From an uncultured Gemmatimonadales bacterium (GTDB taxonomy: Bacteria; Gemmatimonadota; Gemmatimonadetes; Longimicrobiales; Longimicrobiaceae), in assembly GCA_963716255.1 (NCBI GenBank), contig OY970303.1, positions 1,536,001-1,600,000 of the forward strand: a DNA stretch of 64,000 nucleotides, given 5' to 3'. Under the pieces are notes generated by a model. That model ran no database searches. It was not told the DNA's origin and saw only the letters and a list, made by a program, of their open reading frames with translations. The position numbers were made by a program, and so were the translations under genes. Every line of letters begins with the position of its first letter. Positions within the stretch are counted from its first letter, which is position 1. Of the stretch, positions 54,855 through 64,000 are shown in pieces.

Positions 54855-57116
54855 ATGGAAATCAAGCGTGAATGGCTGGAGCAGCTGATCTTCGAAGGGG
54901 CGACCTCGCGCCGCTTCACGCAGGACTCGCCCATCCTGCCCGACGTGTGGATCCGCTACGGGATGAAGCTCACCCGGGGCGAGGAGCCGGTGCTGGACCT
55001 GCTCCTCACCCCGCACATGGATTCCACCGCCGGGGCGCTCTTCCTGGCCGTGCAGGAGCGGGTGGAGCACGAGCGCCGGGCGGGCGGCCACTGGCGGCGG
55101 CTCCGCGACCCGGAGGGCGGCTTCCGGAAGATCCTCGACACCGCCCGCGGAGCGATCCACACGCCCCCCGAGGACGAGGAGGGCCGGGACGACACGCCCT
55201 GCGACCCGGAGGCCCCCGGCCTGGCCTACAACCAGTCCACCGTGGTGGGATGCCTGCACCTGACGGAGGTGGTGCGGGTGCTCCTGCCGCTCACCGGGTG
55301 GTGGCGCAGGAGCGTGTGCAACGACCCGGGGCGCGCCACCATGGCCGACATGGACGACGCCGAAGGGCGCAGGGCGATCGAAAGGGACCTGCGCCGGATC
55401 GCGAAGGGGATGCCGGAAAAGGGCGGGCCGGCGGACCTCCTCTGGCTGGTCAAGGTGGTGGGGAGCATGCTGGCCGCGGCGGCGACGCCGGACGACGGCG
55501 AGATGCGCTGGGAGGACCGCTGGAGCGAGTGGAAGAGGATCCTGGCGAACAACAGGAAGCTGGTGAAGCTGTTCCAGGAGCACATCCTGGGGGACCGGCC
55601 GCAGGACGTGGTCTGTCCCGGGCTCCCGGAGGACACTCCGCTCTTCGTGGTCAGCCGCAACCGCAAGGCGGTCTCGAGCGACGCCTTTTCCGTCCAGGCG
55701 GTCAAGGCGGACGCCGCGCGCCGCCTGTTCAACGCCAGCTGCGCGGGGCTGGCGTGGGCCGTCCTGGACAGCGGGATCGACGCGACGCACCCGGCCTTCC
55801 GCAAGCGCAGGGACGACGCGGTGCTTCCCTCGCCCTTCGAGGACGACCGCGGCCGCCCCGGCAACGGCACCCGGGTGGACGCCACCTTCGACTTCACCCG
55901 CATCCGCTTCCTGCTGGCCGGCAGCAGGACGGCGCTGCAGCAGGAGGCGGAGCGGATCGCCGCGGCGCTGAAGGCGGCGGAGGCGGAGCTCGCCGCGGCC
56001 ACGGAGCGCCAGCCGGCGGACGGAATCGCCGCGAAACCCGCCAGGGCAGCGAAGTCGGCCGCCGCGGCGGCGAAGGCCGCGGCACCCGCGGCCGCCACGG
56101 AGGCGGACCACTGCAGGCGCCGCGTGGACACGCTCGCCGCGCAGCTCGCCAACTGGAGCGCGTTCGCCGAAAGGGACGCCGCCGCCCAGCGCGCCTCCGC
56201 CATGAAGACCTCGCTGCTGCGGGGGCGCGCCATCAACTGGGACGAGCTGAGGCCGCTCCTGGAGGTGGAGCACGTGGACGGGATCTACCGGGCGCCGCAG
56301 CACGAGCACGGCACCCACGTGGGGGGGATCCTGGCGGCGGACTGGAGGAGCGCCGACTGGAAGAAGGGAACGCCGGAGCACACCTCCAGCGACATGGCGG
56401 GCGTGTGCCCCGACATCCGCCTGTACGACTTCCGCGTCTTCGACGACCAGGGGATGGGCGACGAGTTCTCCGTCATGGCGGCGCTGCAGTTCCTCCGCCA
56501 CCTCAACGCCCACCGCGAGATCCCGCTGATCCACGGCGCCAACCTGAGCCTGGCCATCCGCCACGACGTGGCCAACTACGCGTGCGGCCGCACCCCGGTG
56601 TGCGACGAGTGCGAGCGGGTGGTGAACGCGGGCGTGGTGGTGGTGGCCGCCGCGGGCAACTACGGCTACCACCGCTTCTCCACCCTCAGCGACACGGGGA
56701 CGGCCTCCACCTACGAGGGGTACAGCGACATCAGCATCACCGACCCCGGCAACGCCGACGCGGTGATCACCGTGGGCTCCACCCACCGCATCGAGCCGCA
56801 CACCTACGGCGTCAGCTACTTTTCCAGCCGCGGCCCCACCGGCGACGGGCGCTCCAAGCCGGACCTGGTGGCGCCGGGGGAAAAGATCCGCGCGCCGGTG
56901 CCGGACTGCGGCTCCAAGGTAAAGGACGGCACCAGCATGGCCGCCCCGCACGTGAGCGGCGCCGCGGCCCTGATCCTGGCGCGCTACAGCGAGTTCATCG
57001 GCCGGCCCGCGCGCGTCAAGCAGATCCTCTGCTCCACCGCCACCGACCTGGGGCGCGACCGCTACTTCCAGGGCGCGGGGATGGTGGACGTGCTCCGCGC
57101 CCTGCAGTCCGTCTGA
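54855..57116 (+). CDS. Cytoplasmic S8 (subtilisin-like) serine protease with uncharacterised N-terminal domain
   Basis: Triad VLDSGID, HGTHVGG, GTSMAAP; oxyanion AAGN; SSRGPT..KPDLVAPG; no signal peptide. Confidence 0.92.
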   Translation: MEIKREWLEQLIFEGATSRRFTQDSPILPDVWIRYGMKLTRGEEPVLDLLLTPHMDSTAGALFLAVQERVEHERRAGGHWRRLRDPEGGFRKILDTARGAIHTPPEDEEGRDDTPCDPEAPGLAYNQSTVVGCLHLTEVVRVLLPLTGWWRRSVCNDPGRATMADMDDAEGRRAIERDLRRIAKGMPEKGGPADLLWLVKVVGSMLAAAATPDDGEMRWEDRWSEWKRILANNRKLVKLFQEHILGDRPQDVVCPGLPEDTPLFVVSRNRKAVSSDAFSVQAVKADAARRLFNASCAGLAWAVLDSGIDATHPAFRKRRDDAVLPSPFEDDRGRPGNGTRVDATFDFTRIRFLLAGSRTALQQEAERIAAALKAAEAELAAATERQPADGIAAKPARAAKSAAAAAKAAAPAAATEADHCRRRVDTLAAQLANWSAFAERDAAAQRASAMKTSLLRGRAINWDELRPLLEVEHVDGIYRAPQHEHGTHVGGILAADWRSADWKKGTPEHTSSDMAGVCPDIRLYDFRVFDDQGMGDEFSVMAALQFLRHLNAHREIPLIHGANLSLAIRHDVANYACGRTPVCDECERVVNAGVVVVAAAGNYGYHRFSTLSDTGTASTYEGYSDISITDPGNADAVITVGSTHRIEPHTYGVSYFSSRGPTGDGRSKPDLVAPGEKIRAPVPDCGSKVKDGTSMAAPHVSGAAALILARYSEFIGRPARVKQILCSTATDLGRDRYFQGAGMVDVLRALQSV

Positions 57117-57142
57117 GCGCCCACCTCTCACCCGATCCCCCC

Positions 57143-58309
57143 ATGATCTTCACGCTCGAGGCCCTCCAGGCCCACAAGGGAGACGCGCTTCTCCTTCACT
57201 ACGGCGACCCGGCGGCACCCGGCCTGGTCGTGATCGACGGCGGCCCCAACCGCACCTGGGAGGGGCTCCGCGCCCGCCTGGACAGCCTGATGGAGGGGAC
57301 GCGCCCGCTGACGGCGGACGGCAAGCTCCCCATCCGCCTGGTGATGATCAGCCACATCGACGACGACCACATCCACGGCATCCTGGAGATGACCGACGCC
57401 CTGCTGGGCGAGCGGGACGAGGAGCCGCCGGCGTACGACATCACGGCGTTCTGGCACAACGCCTTCGACGACGTGATCGGCAGGGCGGCGGCCGCGTCCA
57501 CCGCGTCCGTGGCCGGCGTGCAGGGCGCCTCCGCCGAGGAGATCCCGGCGAAGCTCCCCGTGCAGCACCAGGCGCAGCTCGTCCTGCAGAGCGTCAACCA
57601 GGGGCGCCGCCTGCGCGACAACATCGCGCGCCTGGGCCGCGAGGGGAACCTGCCCTTCGGCGGGCTGGTGGCGGAGGACCACCCCGAGAACCCGGTGGAC
57701 ATGGACGCGGGGCTCACCTTCACCGTCGTGGGCCCGGCGCAGGCGGAGGTCGACGGCCTGGAGTCGGAGTGGGACGAGCAGCTGAACAAGAAGAAGGGAA
57801 AGGCGAAGGCGGGCGAGACGCAGAGCATGGAGTCCATCGCCGCCGCCTACCTGGACGAATCGGCGTACAACCTGTCCAGCATCGTGGTGATGGCGGAGCT
57901 GGACGGAAAGCGGATGCTGCTGACCGGCGACGCGCGCGGCGACCACGTCCTCGCCGGGCTGGAGGCGCGCGGGTACCTGGAGCCCGGCGGCACGATCAAG
58001 GTGGACGTGCTCAAGCTCCCCCACCACGGGAGCGAGCGGAACGTGGAGCCCGAGTTCTTCCGGCGCGTGGTGGCCGACCACTACGTCGTCTCGGCGGACG
58101 GCGAGCACGGCAACCCCGATCCCCCCACGCTCAAGATGCTCACCGAGGTCCGCGGCGACGACGAGTACACCATCCACCTGACGAACCGCGTCTCCTGGGC
58201 GGTGGAGTTCTTCGACGAGGACCAGCCCAGGCGCAGGTACAGGGTGGTCTACCGGGAGGACGACCAGCCCTCCGTGCGCGTGGAGCTGGGAGACCCGCTG
58301 CCGGACTGA
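57143..58309 (+). CDS. MBL-fold metallo-hydrolase (ComEC/Rec2-like)
   Basis: KGDALLL, IDGG, SHIDDDHIHG, NLSSIV, LLTGDA, KLPHHGS, HGNP. Confidence 0.88.
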   Translation: MIFTLEALQAHKGDALLLHYGDPAAPGLVVIDGGPNRTWEGLRARLDSLMEGTRPLTADGKLPIRLVMISHIDDDHIHGILEMTDALLGERDEEPPAYDITAFWHNAFDDVIGRAAAASTASVAGVQGASAEEIPAKLPVQHQAQLVLQSVNQGRRLRDNIARLGREGNLPFGGLVAEDHPENPVDMDAGLTFTVVGPAQAEVDGLESEWDEQLNKKKGKAKAGETQSMESIAAAYLDESAYNLSSIVVMAELDGKRMLLTGDARGDHVLAGLEARGYLEPGGTIKVDVLKLPHHGSERNVEPEFFRRVVADHYVVSADGEHGNPDPPTLKMLTEVRGDDEYTIHLTNRVSWAVEFFDEDQPRRRYRVVYREDDQPSVRVELGDPLPD

Positions 58310-58428
58310 GCCGGGGCGCGGCGGACGCGGCCGAACTGCCGGGGTCGGGCTTCGATGCGATGGCGAGGTCCAGGAGGCGTCCGACTCACCCGGATTCCGT
58401 ATGATCCGGACGGGGGGCAGGCTGCGGC

Positions 58429-58460
58429 GGAGGGCACCGGGCGAAGACCCGGTGCCCTCC
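58429..58460 (+). terminator. GC hairpin after the patatin-S8-MBL operon
   Basis: GGAGGGCACCGGG-CGAAGA-CCCGGTGCCCTCC; no U tract. Confidence 0.4.
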
Positions 58461-58564
58461 CGTGCTTCCGGGAACCGGCGGCCCGGCACCTTTCGTGCGC
58501 CCCAGCGGGGGAGAGGGGCCGGGGGGCGAGGGGGTCCACCCTCGCGGACGCCGGCGCGGTACCC

Positions 58565-58697
58565 GCGTGAGGGATTTCGGCCCGAAGGGGCGAGACCCGG
58601 CGAGGTCGTTTCCGCCGGGGCTCGACTCCGTTACGCACGGTTGTTTCGTGCGTTACGGAGCCGAAGCCCGACCCCGGCGCCCGCCGGGGGCACGCCC
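58565..58697 (-). repeat. Structured intergenic repeat, copy 5
   Basis: Reverse-complement match; a short fragment GCCGGGGTCGGGCTTCG also occurs at about 58338-58354. Confidence 0.9.
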
Positions 58698-58738
58698 GGA
58701 CCCTGGTCTTTCAGCCCGCTACAACCGGACCCGGTACG

Positions 58739-60535
58739 ATGATGCACCCGCCGAAGCCCGCCTGCGCACTCCTGGCCGCGCTGCTCGCCGCCTGCTCCCC
58801 GCGCGCCGAGACCCGGCCGCAGCCCGAGCGCGCCACCCCGCTCCCGCCGGTGACGGTGGGCGCGCCCGCGGCCCGCCCGCGCCCGCCCGCCGACCCGTGG
58901 GTGGAGCGGACGCTGGCCGGGATGTCGCTGCGGCAGCGGGTGGCGCAGCTCGTCTTTCCCTGGATCGCCGGCACCCCCGCCGACGCGCAGGCCGGCGAGG
59001 CCGAGCGGCTGGCGCGCTGGGTGGAGCGCGACGAGGTGGGCGGGCTGATCGTGTCGCGCGGCACGCCGGCGGGGCTCGCGGCGAAGCTGAACGCGGCGCA
59101 GGCGCGCAGCCGCGTGCCGCTGCTGGTGGTGTCCGACCTGGAGACGGGGCCGGGGATGCGCCTGACCGGGGGCACCAACATGCCGCCCGCCATGGCCTTC
59201 GGGGCGGCCGACGACGCGGCGCTGGCGCGCGAGGCGGGGCGGATCACCGGCGTGGAGGCGCGCGCCGTGGGAATCCACCTGACGCTGGGGCCGGTCCTGG
59301 ACGTCAACTCCAACCCCCGCAACCCCATCATCAACGTCCGCTCCTTCGGCGAGAACCCGCAGCGGGTGGCGCGCCTGGCGAGCGCCTGGATCGCCGGGGC
59401 GCACGAGGGCGGCCTGCTCACCGTGGGCAAGCACTTTCCCGGGCACGGCGACACCGAGACCGACTCGCACGTGGGGCTCCCGACCATCGACGCGGACCCG
59501 GCGCGGCTCTCCCGGGTGGAGCTGCCCCCGTTCCGCGGCGCGATCCGGGCGGGGACCGACGGCATCCTGGTGGGGCACATCGCCGTCACCGGGCTGGAGG
59601 GCGCGGGCGCCCCGCCCGCGTCGCTGTCGCCGCGCATCGTCGGGGGGCTGCTGCGGGGGGAGATGGGGTTCGACGGGCTGGTGTTCACCGACGCGCTCAA
59701 CATGGGCGCCGTCACCCGGCGCTACGCCGTCCCCGAGGCCTCGGTGCGGGCGCTGCTGGCCGGCGCCGACGTGCTCCTGCAGCCGCCGGGCGAGGGTGCG
59801 GTGATCGACGCGGTGGTGGCCGCCGTGGAGTCCGGGCGCCTGCCGCGGGCGCGCGTGGACGACGCCGCCCGCCGGGTGCTGGCCGCCAAGGCGCGCGCCG
59901 GGCTGCACCGCGGCGCCCGCGTGGACCCCGCCGCCGTCGGGCGGCTGGTGGGGAGCGCGGAGCACGCCCGCGCCGTCCGCCGGGTGGCCGCGGCCGGCAC
60001 CACGCTCGTTCGCGACCGCGGCGGCCTGGTGCCCATCCCCGCGCGGGTGCGGAGGGTGCTGCACGTGGCCTACGGGCTCCCCGGCTCCGGGCGCTCCGGG
60101 CTGGGGAGCGCGCTCGCCGCGCCGGGGCGCGAGGTCGAGGAGGTGCGCCTGGACGGCCGCGTCACGGCGGCCCAGGTCGCCGCGCTGCGCGTCCGGGCCG
60201 CCGACGCCGACCTGGTGGTGGCCTCCGCGCTGGTCACCCCGCGCGAGTACCGCGAGCTGTCGCTGCCGCCCGAGTTCGGCGCCTTCGTGGAGGAGCTGTC
60301 CGCCGCGGGGAAGCCGGTGGTCGCGGTGTCGCTCGGCAGCCCGTACCTGCTCGCCGCCTTCCCCTCCGTGCCCGCGTACCTGGTGGCGTGGAGCGCGTCC
60401 GCCGCCACGCAGCGCGCCGCGGGCGACGCCCTTGCCGGGCGCGCGCCCATCACCGGCCGCCTGCCGGTGGCACTCCCGCCCTTCCACGTGGCCGGCGCGG
60501 GGGTCGAGCGGCCGGGATCGCCCGTGGGGAGATGA
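58739..60535 (+). CDS. GH3 beta-N-acetylhexosaminidase-like lipoprotein
   Basis: Lipobox LAAC; PVLDV..NPII..RSFGE; KHFPGHG...DSH; FTDALNM. Confidence 0.9.
   Translation: MMHPPKPACALLAALLAACSPRAETRPQPERATPLPPVTVGAPAARPRPPADPWVERTLAGMSLRQRVAQLVFPWIAGTPADAQAGEAERLARWVERDEVGGLIVSRGTPAGLAAKLNAAQARSRVPLLVVSDLETGPGMRLTGGTNMPPAMAFGAADDAALAREAGRITGVEARAVGIHLTLGPVLDVNSNPRNPIINVRSFGENPQRVARLASAWIAGAHEGGLLTVGKHFPGHGDTETDSHVGLPTIDADPARLSRVELPPFRGAIRAGTDGILVGHIAVTGLEGAGAPPASLSPRIVGGLLRGEMGFDGLVFTDALNMGAVTRRYAVPEASVRALLAGADVLLQPPGEGAVIDAVVAAVESGRLPRARVDDAARRVLAAKARAGLHRGARVDPAAVGRLVGSAEHARAVRRVAAAGTTLVRDRGGLVPIPARVRRVLHVAYGLPGSGRSGLGSALAAPGREVEEVRLDGRVTAAQVAALRVRAADADLVVASALVTPREYRELSLPPEFGAFVEELSAAGKPVVAVSLGSPYLLAAFPSVPAYLVAWSASAATQRAAGDALAGRAPITGRLPVALPPFHVAGAGVERPGSPVGR
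60473..60530 (+). repeat. 58-bp direct repeat, left copy (3' end of the GH3 gene)
   Basis: CTCCCGCCCTTCCACGTGG...GATCGCCCGTGGGGA, identical to 61688-61745. Confidence 0.9.
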
Positions 60536-60574
60536 TTCCGGATCCTGGTTGCAGCGAGATGAACCGCGGGGGTC

Positions 60575-60707
60575 GGGCGTGCCCCCGGCGGGCGCCGGGG
60601 TCGGGCTTCGGCTCCGTAGGCGAGCAAACAACGCTCGCCAACGGAGTCGAGCCCCGGCGGAAACTGCCCCGCCGGGTCTCGCCCCTTCGGGCCGAAATCC
60701 CTCACGC
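60575..60707 (+). repeat. Structured intergenic repeat, copy 6
   Basis: Match to copy 1; inner hairpin GGCGAGC-AAACAAC-GCTCGCC. Confidence 0.9.
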
Positions 60708-60822
60708 AGGCTCCGACGCGGCCGAAAAACTCATCAAATAAACGACTTACGCGAATTTTCCGCCAGTCGTGTCTTAACCCTTCCGCCACCAACCGGATCG
60801 GCGCCTAGACACGCTCCCCTCC

Positions 60823-61668
60823 CCGCGAATCACCGGCCTGTCGCGCACCAACCTGCTGTACATGCGGGCATTCGCGAACGCGTACCCCGACGAGGCAATC
60901 GTCCAACAGCTTGTTGGACGATTGCCGTGGGGCCACAACCTGGCCCTCCTCGACAAGCTGGATGACCCAGAAGTCCGGGCGTGGTACGCGGCGCGCGCCC
61001 TTGAGTTCGGGTGGAGCCGGAACGTGCTGGTGCACCAGATCGAGAGCCGGCTCCATGAGCGCCAGGGGAGCGCAGTAACCAATTTCGAGCGCACCCTCCC
61101 CGCGCCGCAGTCGGACCTCGCCCGCGAACTGGTCAGGGACCCGTACCACTTCGACTTCCTTCAGCTCGGGCCGGAAGCCCGGGAGCGGGACCTGGAGCAG
61201 GCGCTCCTTGCTCACCTGCGTGCCTTCCTGCTGGAGCTGGGAGTCGGGTTCGCGTTCGTCGGCAGCCAGCACCGCCTGGAAGTGGGCGGGCAGGACTATT
61301 TTCTAGATCTCCTTTTCTACCACCTGCGTCTTCGCTGCTACGTGGTGATCGAACTGAAAGTCGGGGCATTCAGGCCGGAAGACTCGGGCCAGATGAACTT
61401 CTACCTCTCGGCGGTGGACGAACTGCTCCGGCACCCGGACGACCGCCCAAGCATCGGGCTGATCCTCTGCAAGGAGCGCAACCGCGTGGTGGTGGAGTAC
61501 GCGCTCCGCGGTGTCGAAAAGCCGATCGGAGTAGCCGAATATCACCTGACCGAGCGGCTGCCCGAGCCGCTGCGTGGCAGCCTTCCGAGCGCCGAGGAAC
61601 TGGAGCGGGAGCTGGAGCGCGCCGAGGACGACGAAGGAGCACGAAGCGAGGGAGCACGCAGTACCTGA
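60823..61668 (+). pseudogene. yhcG: 5'-truncated YhcG/DUF1016 PD-(D/E)xK nuclease-family gene (ORF from ATG 60862)
   Basis: LPWGHN, WSRNVL, DPYHFDFL, ELGVGFAFVG, DLLFYH, VVIELK, GQMNFY. Homology (GLSRTNLLY) continues upstream of the ATG, then an in-frame TAA occurs at 60775 with no start codon in between. Confidence 0.7.
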
Positions 61669-61687
61669 ATCCCACCTGGCGATACCG

Positions 61688-61745
61688 CTCCCGCCCTTCC
61701 ACGTGGCCGGCGCGGGGGTCGAGCGGCCGGGATCGCCCGTGGGGA
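61688..61745 (+). repeat. 58-bp direct repeat, right copy
   Basis: Identical to 60473-60530 and followed by an in-frame TGA. Confidence 0.9.
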
Positions 61746-61762
61746 ACTGAACGGCGGGGTTC

Positions 61763-61906
61763 GGGCGTGCCCCCGGCTGGCGCCGGGGTCGGGCTTCGGC
61801 TCCGTAGGCGAGCAAACAACGCTCGCCAACGGAGTCGAGACCGCGCCAGCACCTCTGAACTGAGGTGCCGCGCGGTCTCGCCCCTTCGGGCCGAAATCCC
61901 TCACGC
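61763..61906 (+). repeat. Structured intergenic repeat, copy 7 (extended variable stem)
   Basis: Same termini; variable arm GAGACCGCGC..GCACCTC-TGAACT-GAGGTGC..GCGCGGTCTC. Confidence 0.9.
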
Positions 61907-62392
61907 AGGCTCCGACGCGGCCGAAAAAATCCAGCCGACGCTCGACGAACCCGGGTCTGTCCGCGCCGCATCCCGGCACCATCCGTCACCAACCAGACCG
62001 GCGCAAGGACGTGCTCCCGCGCCGATCTCGTCCTCTTCCGTCCCATTCGCGGCCCACCCTGGCGGGTCATCGATGTCCCAGGTGAGGCGGAACGATCCCA
62101 CACTCCCGCCGACACCCCCGGCGCGCCTGGCGCCGACCGCGCGAGCCTAGCTTCCCCCGGACAAACGCGGTTAGAGGCGGCGCCGTCAACCATGCGTTTA
62201 CTGGCTTGTATGTTGCGCCCCGGTCCACCCCGTCGCCGGGATCCTGCCCCCGCGCGCTGCACCTCCCGAGGACCCGGACCCGCCGGTTGGACCCCGCGCC
62301 GCCCACGGTGGCCCGGCACGTCCCGCCGCGCGGGCCAGCGCTCACCGACCCCAGCCGTCCATCGCCTTGGCTCCTTTCCCACGCATCCGCCC

Positions 62393-64000
62393 ATGGCCGC
62401 TCTCCAGGCCGACCTGAGCCTCCGCCTGGACGTCTCGTCCCTGGTGGACGGGCTCGTCGGCGGGGGCGGCGCGCTCGCCGGCCCGGCGGGGCGGCTCACG
62501 GCCATCTCCTCGCCCGTCTCCGACGGCGAGATGGGCGCCACCGTGCAGGTGGCCGCCCGCGTGGAAGTGGGCGGCATCGGCGACGCCGCCGCGCGGCTGA
62601 CGGCCGAGGCCGGGGTGGTGCTGGACGGTCTCCCCGGCGTGGGCGACGTCATCGCCCCCATCACCGACGCGCTGGCCCTGCTCCAGCAGGTGAGCACCGG
62701 CGACCTGGAGGCGCAGCTGCGCGGCCTGGGCGAGCGCCTGTCCGCCGAGTTCGACCCCGGGAGCCACGGCGGGACGCTGGGCGCCATCCTGAACGTGGGC
62801 GAGGTGCTTTCCGGCGCGCCCGAGGGGCGCGTGCTCCTGGAGCTGCTCGCCTCGCTGCTGGGGCGCGGGGGGGTGCAGGTGTCCCCCGGCACGCTCACCG
62901 GCGGCGCCGTGCTCCCCGCGGTCGCGGGCGCGCTGCAGGTGATCGGGGGGATGATGTGCCTGGAGTCGGTGCTCGCGGAGGCCGAGCGGCTCACCGGCAT
63001 CATGGCGGCGCAGCTGGACCCGGGCGCGGTGCGCCCCGACCTGGCCGGGGTGCGCGCCTGCCTGTCGGAGGGCGGGCTGGCGGCGCTGGTGGCCGGTACC
63101 GACGTGGCCGACGCCGCCCAGGTGGACACAGCGGTCGCCGCCGTCAACCGCTGCGGGGCCCGGCTCGACGCCCTCCAGGCCCGCCTCTCGGCCGGGCTGG
63201 GGTTCGGCGAGGCCACCCTGGTGCACATGGACGTGGCGCGGCTCCAGGCCGAGGTCCGCGCCGGGCTGGACATGGTGCGCTCCGGCGACCTGGAGCCGCT
63301 GGGGCGGCTGGTGGCCGCGCTGCTCGCGCGCCTGCAGCCGGTGCTCGCGCTGGACGTGTCGGGCGCCGCGGCCGGCGGGCTGGACGCGCTGCTGGGCGCC
63401 GTGGAGGCGCAGGTGGAAACGCTGGCCGCCTCCCTCCGCGGCTTCGACACCTCCGCCCTATCGGACCCGCTGGCGCAGGGCCTGGGGACGGTGTCCGCCG
63501 CGGCGGGGACGCTGACCCACGCCATCGACACGGCGAGCGGCCTGGTGCGCGGCGCGCTGGCGCAGGTCACGGCCGCCGTGAGGGCCCTCCCCCTGGACGA
63601 CATCGCCGCGGCGCTGCGGGCCGTGCTGGACCAGGTGGGGGCGGCGCTGGACGTCGTGCGCGCCCTGGTGGCCACCATCCGCGACGCGCTGGAAACGGCC
63701 GGGGAGGCGGCGGTGGGAGCGCTGGAGGAGGTGGAGGCGGTGCTGGACGGGTTCCAGGCCGCGGTGGACGCCTTCTTCGCCGACGCGCGCGCCTTCGTGG
63801 AGGGGCTGCAGCTGGACGCGGTGCTGGGCCAGGTGGCGGAAGCGGTCGGCGTCTTCGGCGACGCGCTGGCGAAGGCCGAGATGAAGCCCATCTTCGACAC
63901 CGCGGTGGACGCCATCGGCACGGCGGCGGACGTGGTGGGGGCGGTCCCCTTCGACCTGATCCCCGAGTCCATGAAGGCCGAGGTGGACGAGGCGGTGCGC
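62393..64000 (+). CDS. Large Ala/Leu/Asp-rich all-helical hypothetical protein; runs off the right edge
   Basis: ATG 62393 (MAALQADLSLRLDVSSLVDG...) stays open for 536 codons to the window end with strongly GC-ending codons. Absent from the ORF track because there is no stop. Confidence 0.8.
   Translation, partial: MAALQADLSLRLDVSSLVDGLVGGGGALAGPAGRLTAISSPVSDGEMGATVQVAARVEVGGIGDAAARLTAEAGVVLDGLPGVGDVIAPITDALALLQQVSTGDLEAQLRGLGERLSAEFDPGSHGGTLGAILNVGEVLSGAPEGRVLLELLASLLGRGGVQVSPGTLTGGAVLPAVAGALQVIGGMMCLESVLAEAERLTGIMAAQLDPGAVRPDLAGVRACLSEGGLAALVAGTDVADAAQVDTAVAAVNRCGARLDALQARLSAGLGFGEATLVHMDVARLQAEVRAGLDMVRSGDLEPLGRLVAALLARLQPVLALDVSGAAAGGLDALLGAVEAQVETLAASLRGFDTSALSDPLAQGLGTVSAAAGTLTHAIDTASGLVRGALAQVTAAVRALPLDDIAAALRAVLDQVGAALDVVRALVATIRDALETAGEAAVGALEEVEAVLDGFQAAVDAFFADARAFVEGLQLDAVLGQVAEAVGVFGDALAKAEMKPIFDTAVDAIGTAADVVGAVPFDLIPESMKAEVDEAVR

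Noticed and set aside
54872..57142. N-terminal 757 codons of the 1145-aa ORF as a protease-MBL fusion or frameshift product
   Set aside because: Off-frame overlap with the S8 gene; the MBL gene has its own ATG at 57143 and no slippery site was seen.
61303..63972. 889-aa minus-strand Ser/Ala/Thr-rich ORF
   Set aside because: Antisense shadow of the plus-strand gene starting at 62393, also crossing repeats and yhcG.

Overview
Very GC-rich bacterial chromosomal segment. NRPS sequence style, the PadR/ADOP-permease pair and a peptide-leader motif suggest Gemmatimonadota, probably Longimicrobiaceae; this is inference. From left to right: (1) a hybrid NRPS-PKS on the minus strand (C-A-T-C-A[Pro]-T-KS-AT-KR*-ACP-C) that runs off the left edge and is missing from the ORF track; (2) a divergent five-gene operon resembling the dab 2,3-diaminobutyrate pathway plus a VioL-type carbamoyltransferase; (3) cysD/cysNC and a sulfite-oxidase-family enzyme next to a convergent cluster of GT4, GT2, UbiA prenyltransferase, sulfotransferase, monodomain DXDD class II terpene-cyclase-like protein, P450, FkbM methyltransferase and Wzm/Wzt, a candidate sulfated, glycosylated meroterpenoid or glycolipid pathway; (4) a low-GC two-gene island (HEPN-like protein plus EVE-NucS-like nuclease); (5) small housekeeping genes, an unannotated 50-aa RiPP-precursor-like gene and PadR-ADOP; (6) an Apaf-1-like TIR-NB-ARC-WD40 protein; (7) AraC/VOC/UvrA-like genes; (8) a patatin + S8 protease + MBL-hydrolase operon; (9) a GH3 gene whose 3' end is duplicated around a truncated yhcG-like gene; (10) a long helical ORF running off the right edge. 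Seven copies of a ~130-nt structured intergenic repeat with covarying stems are dispersed through the window. No tRNA, rRNA, CRISPR array, integrase or transposase was recognised. All calls come from reading motifs by eye; no database searches were run.
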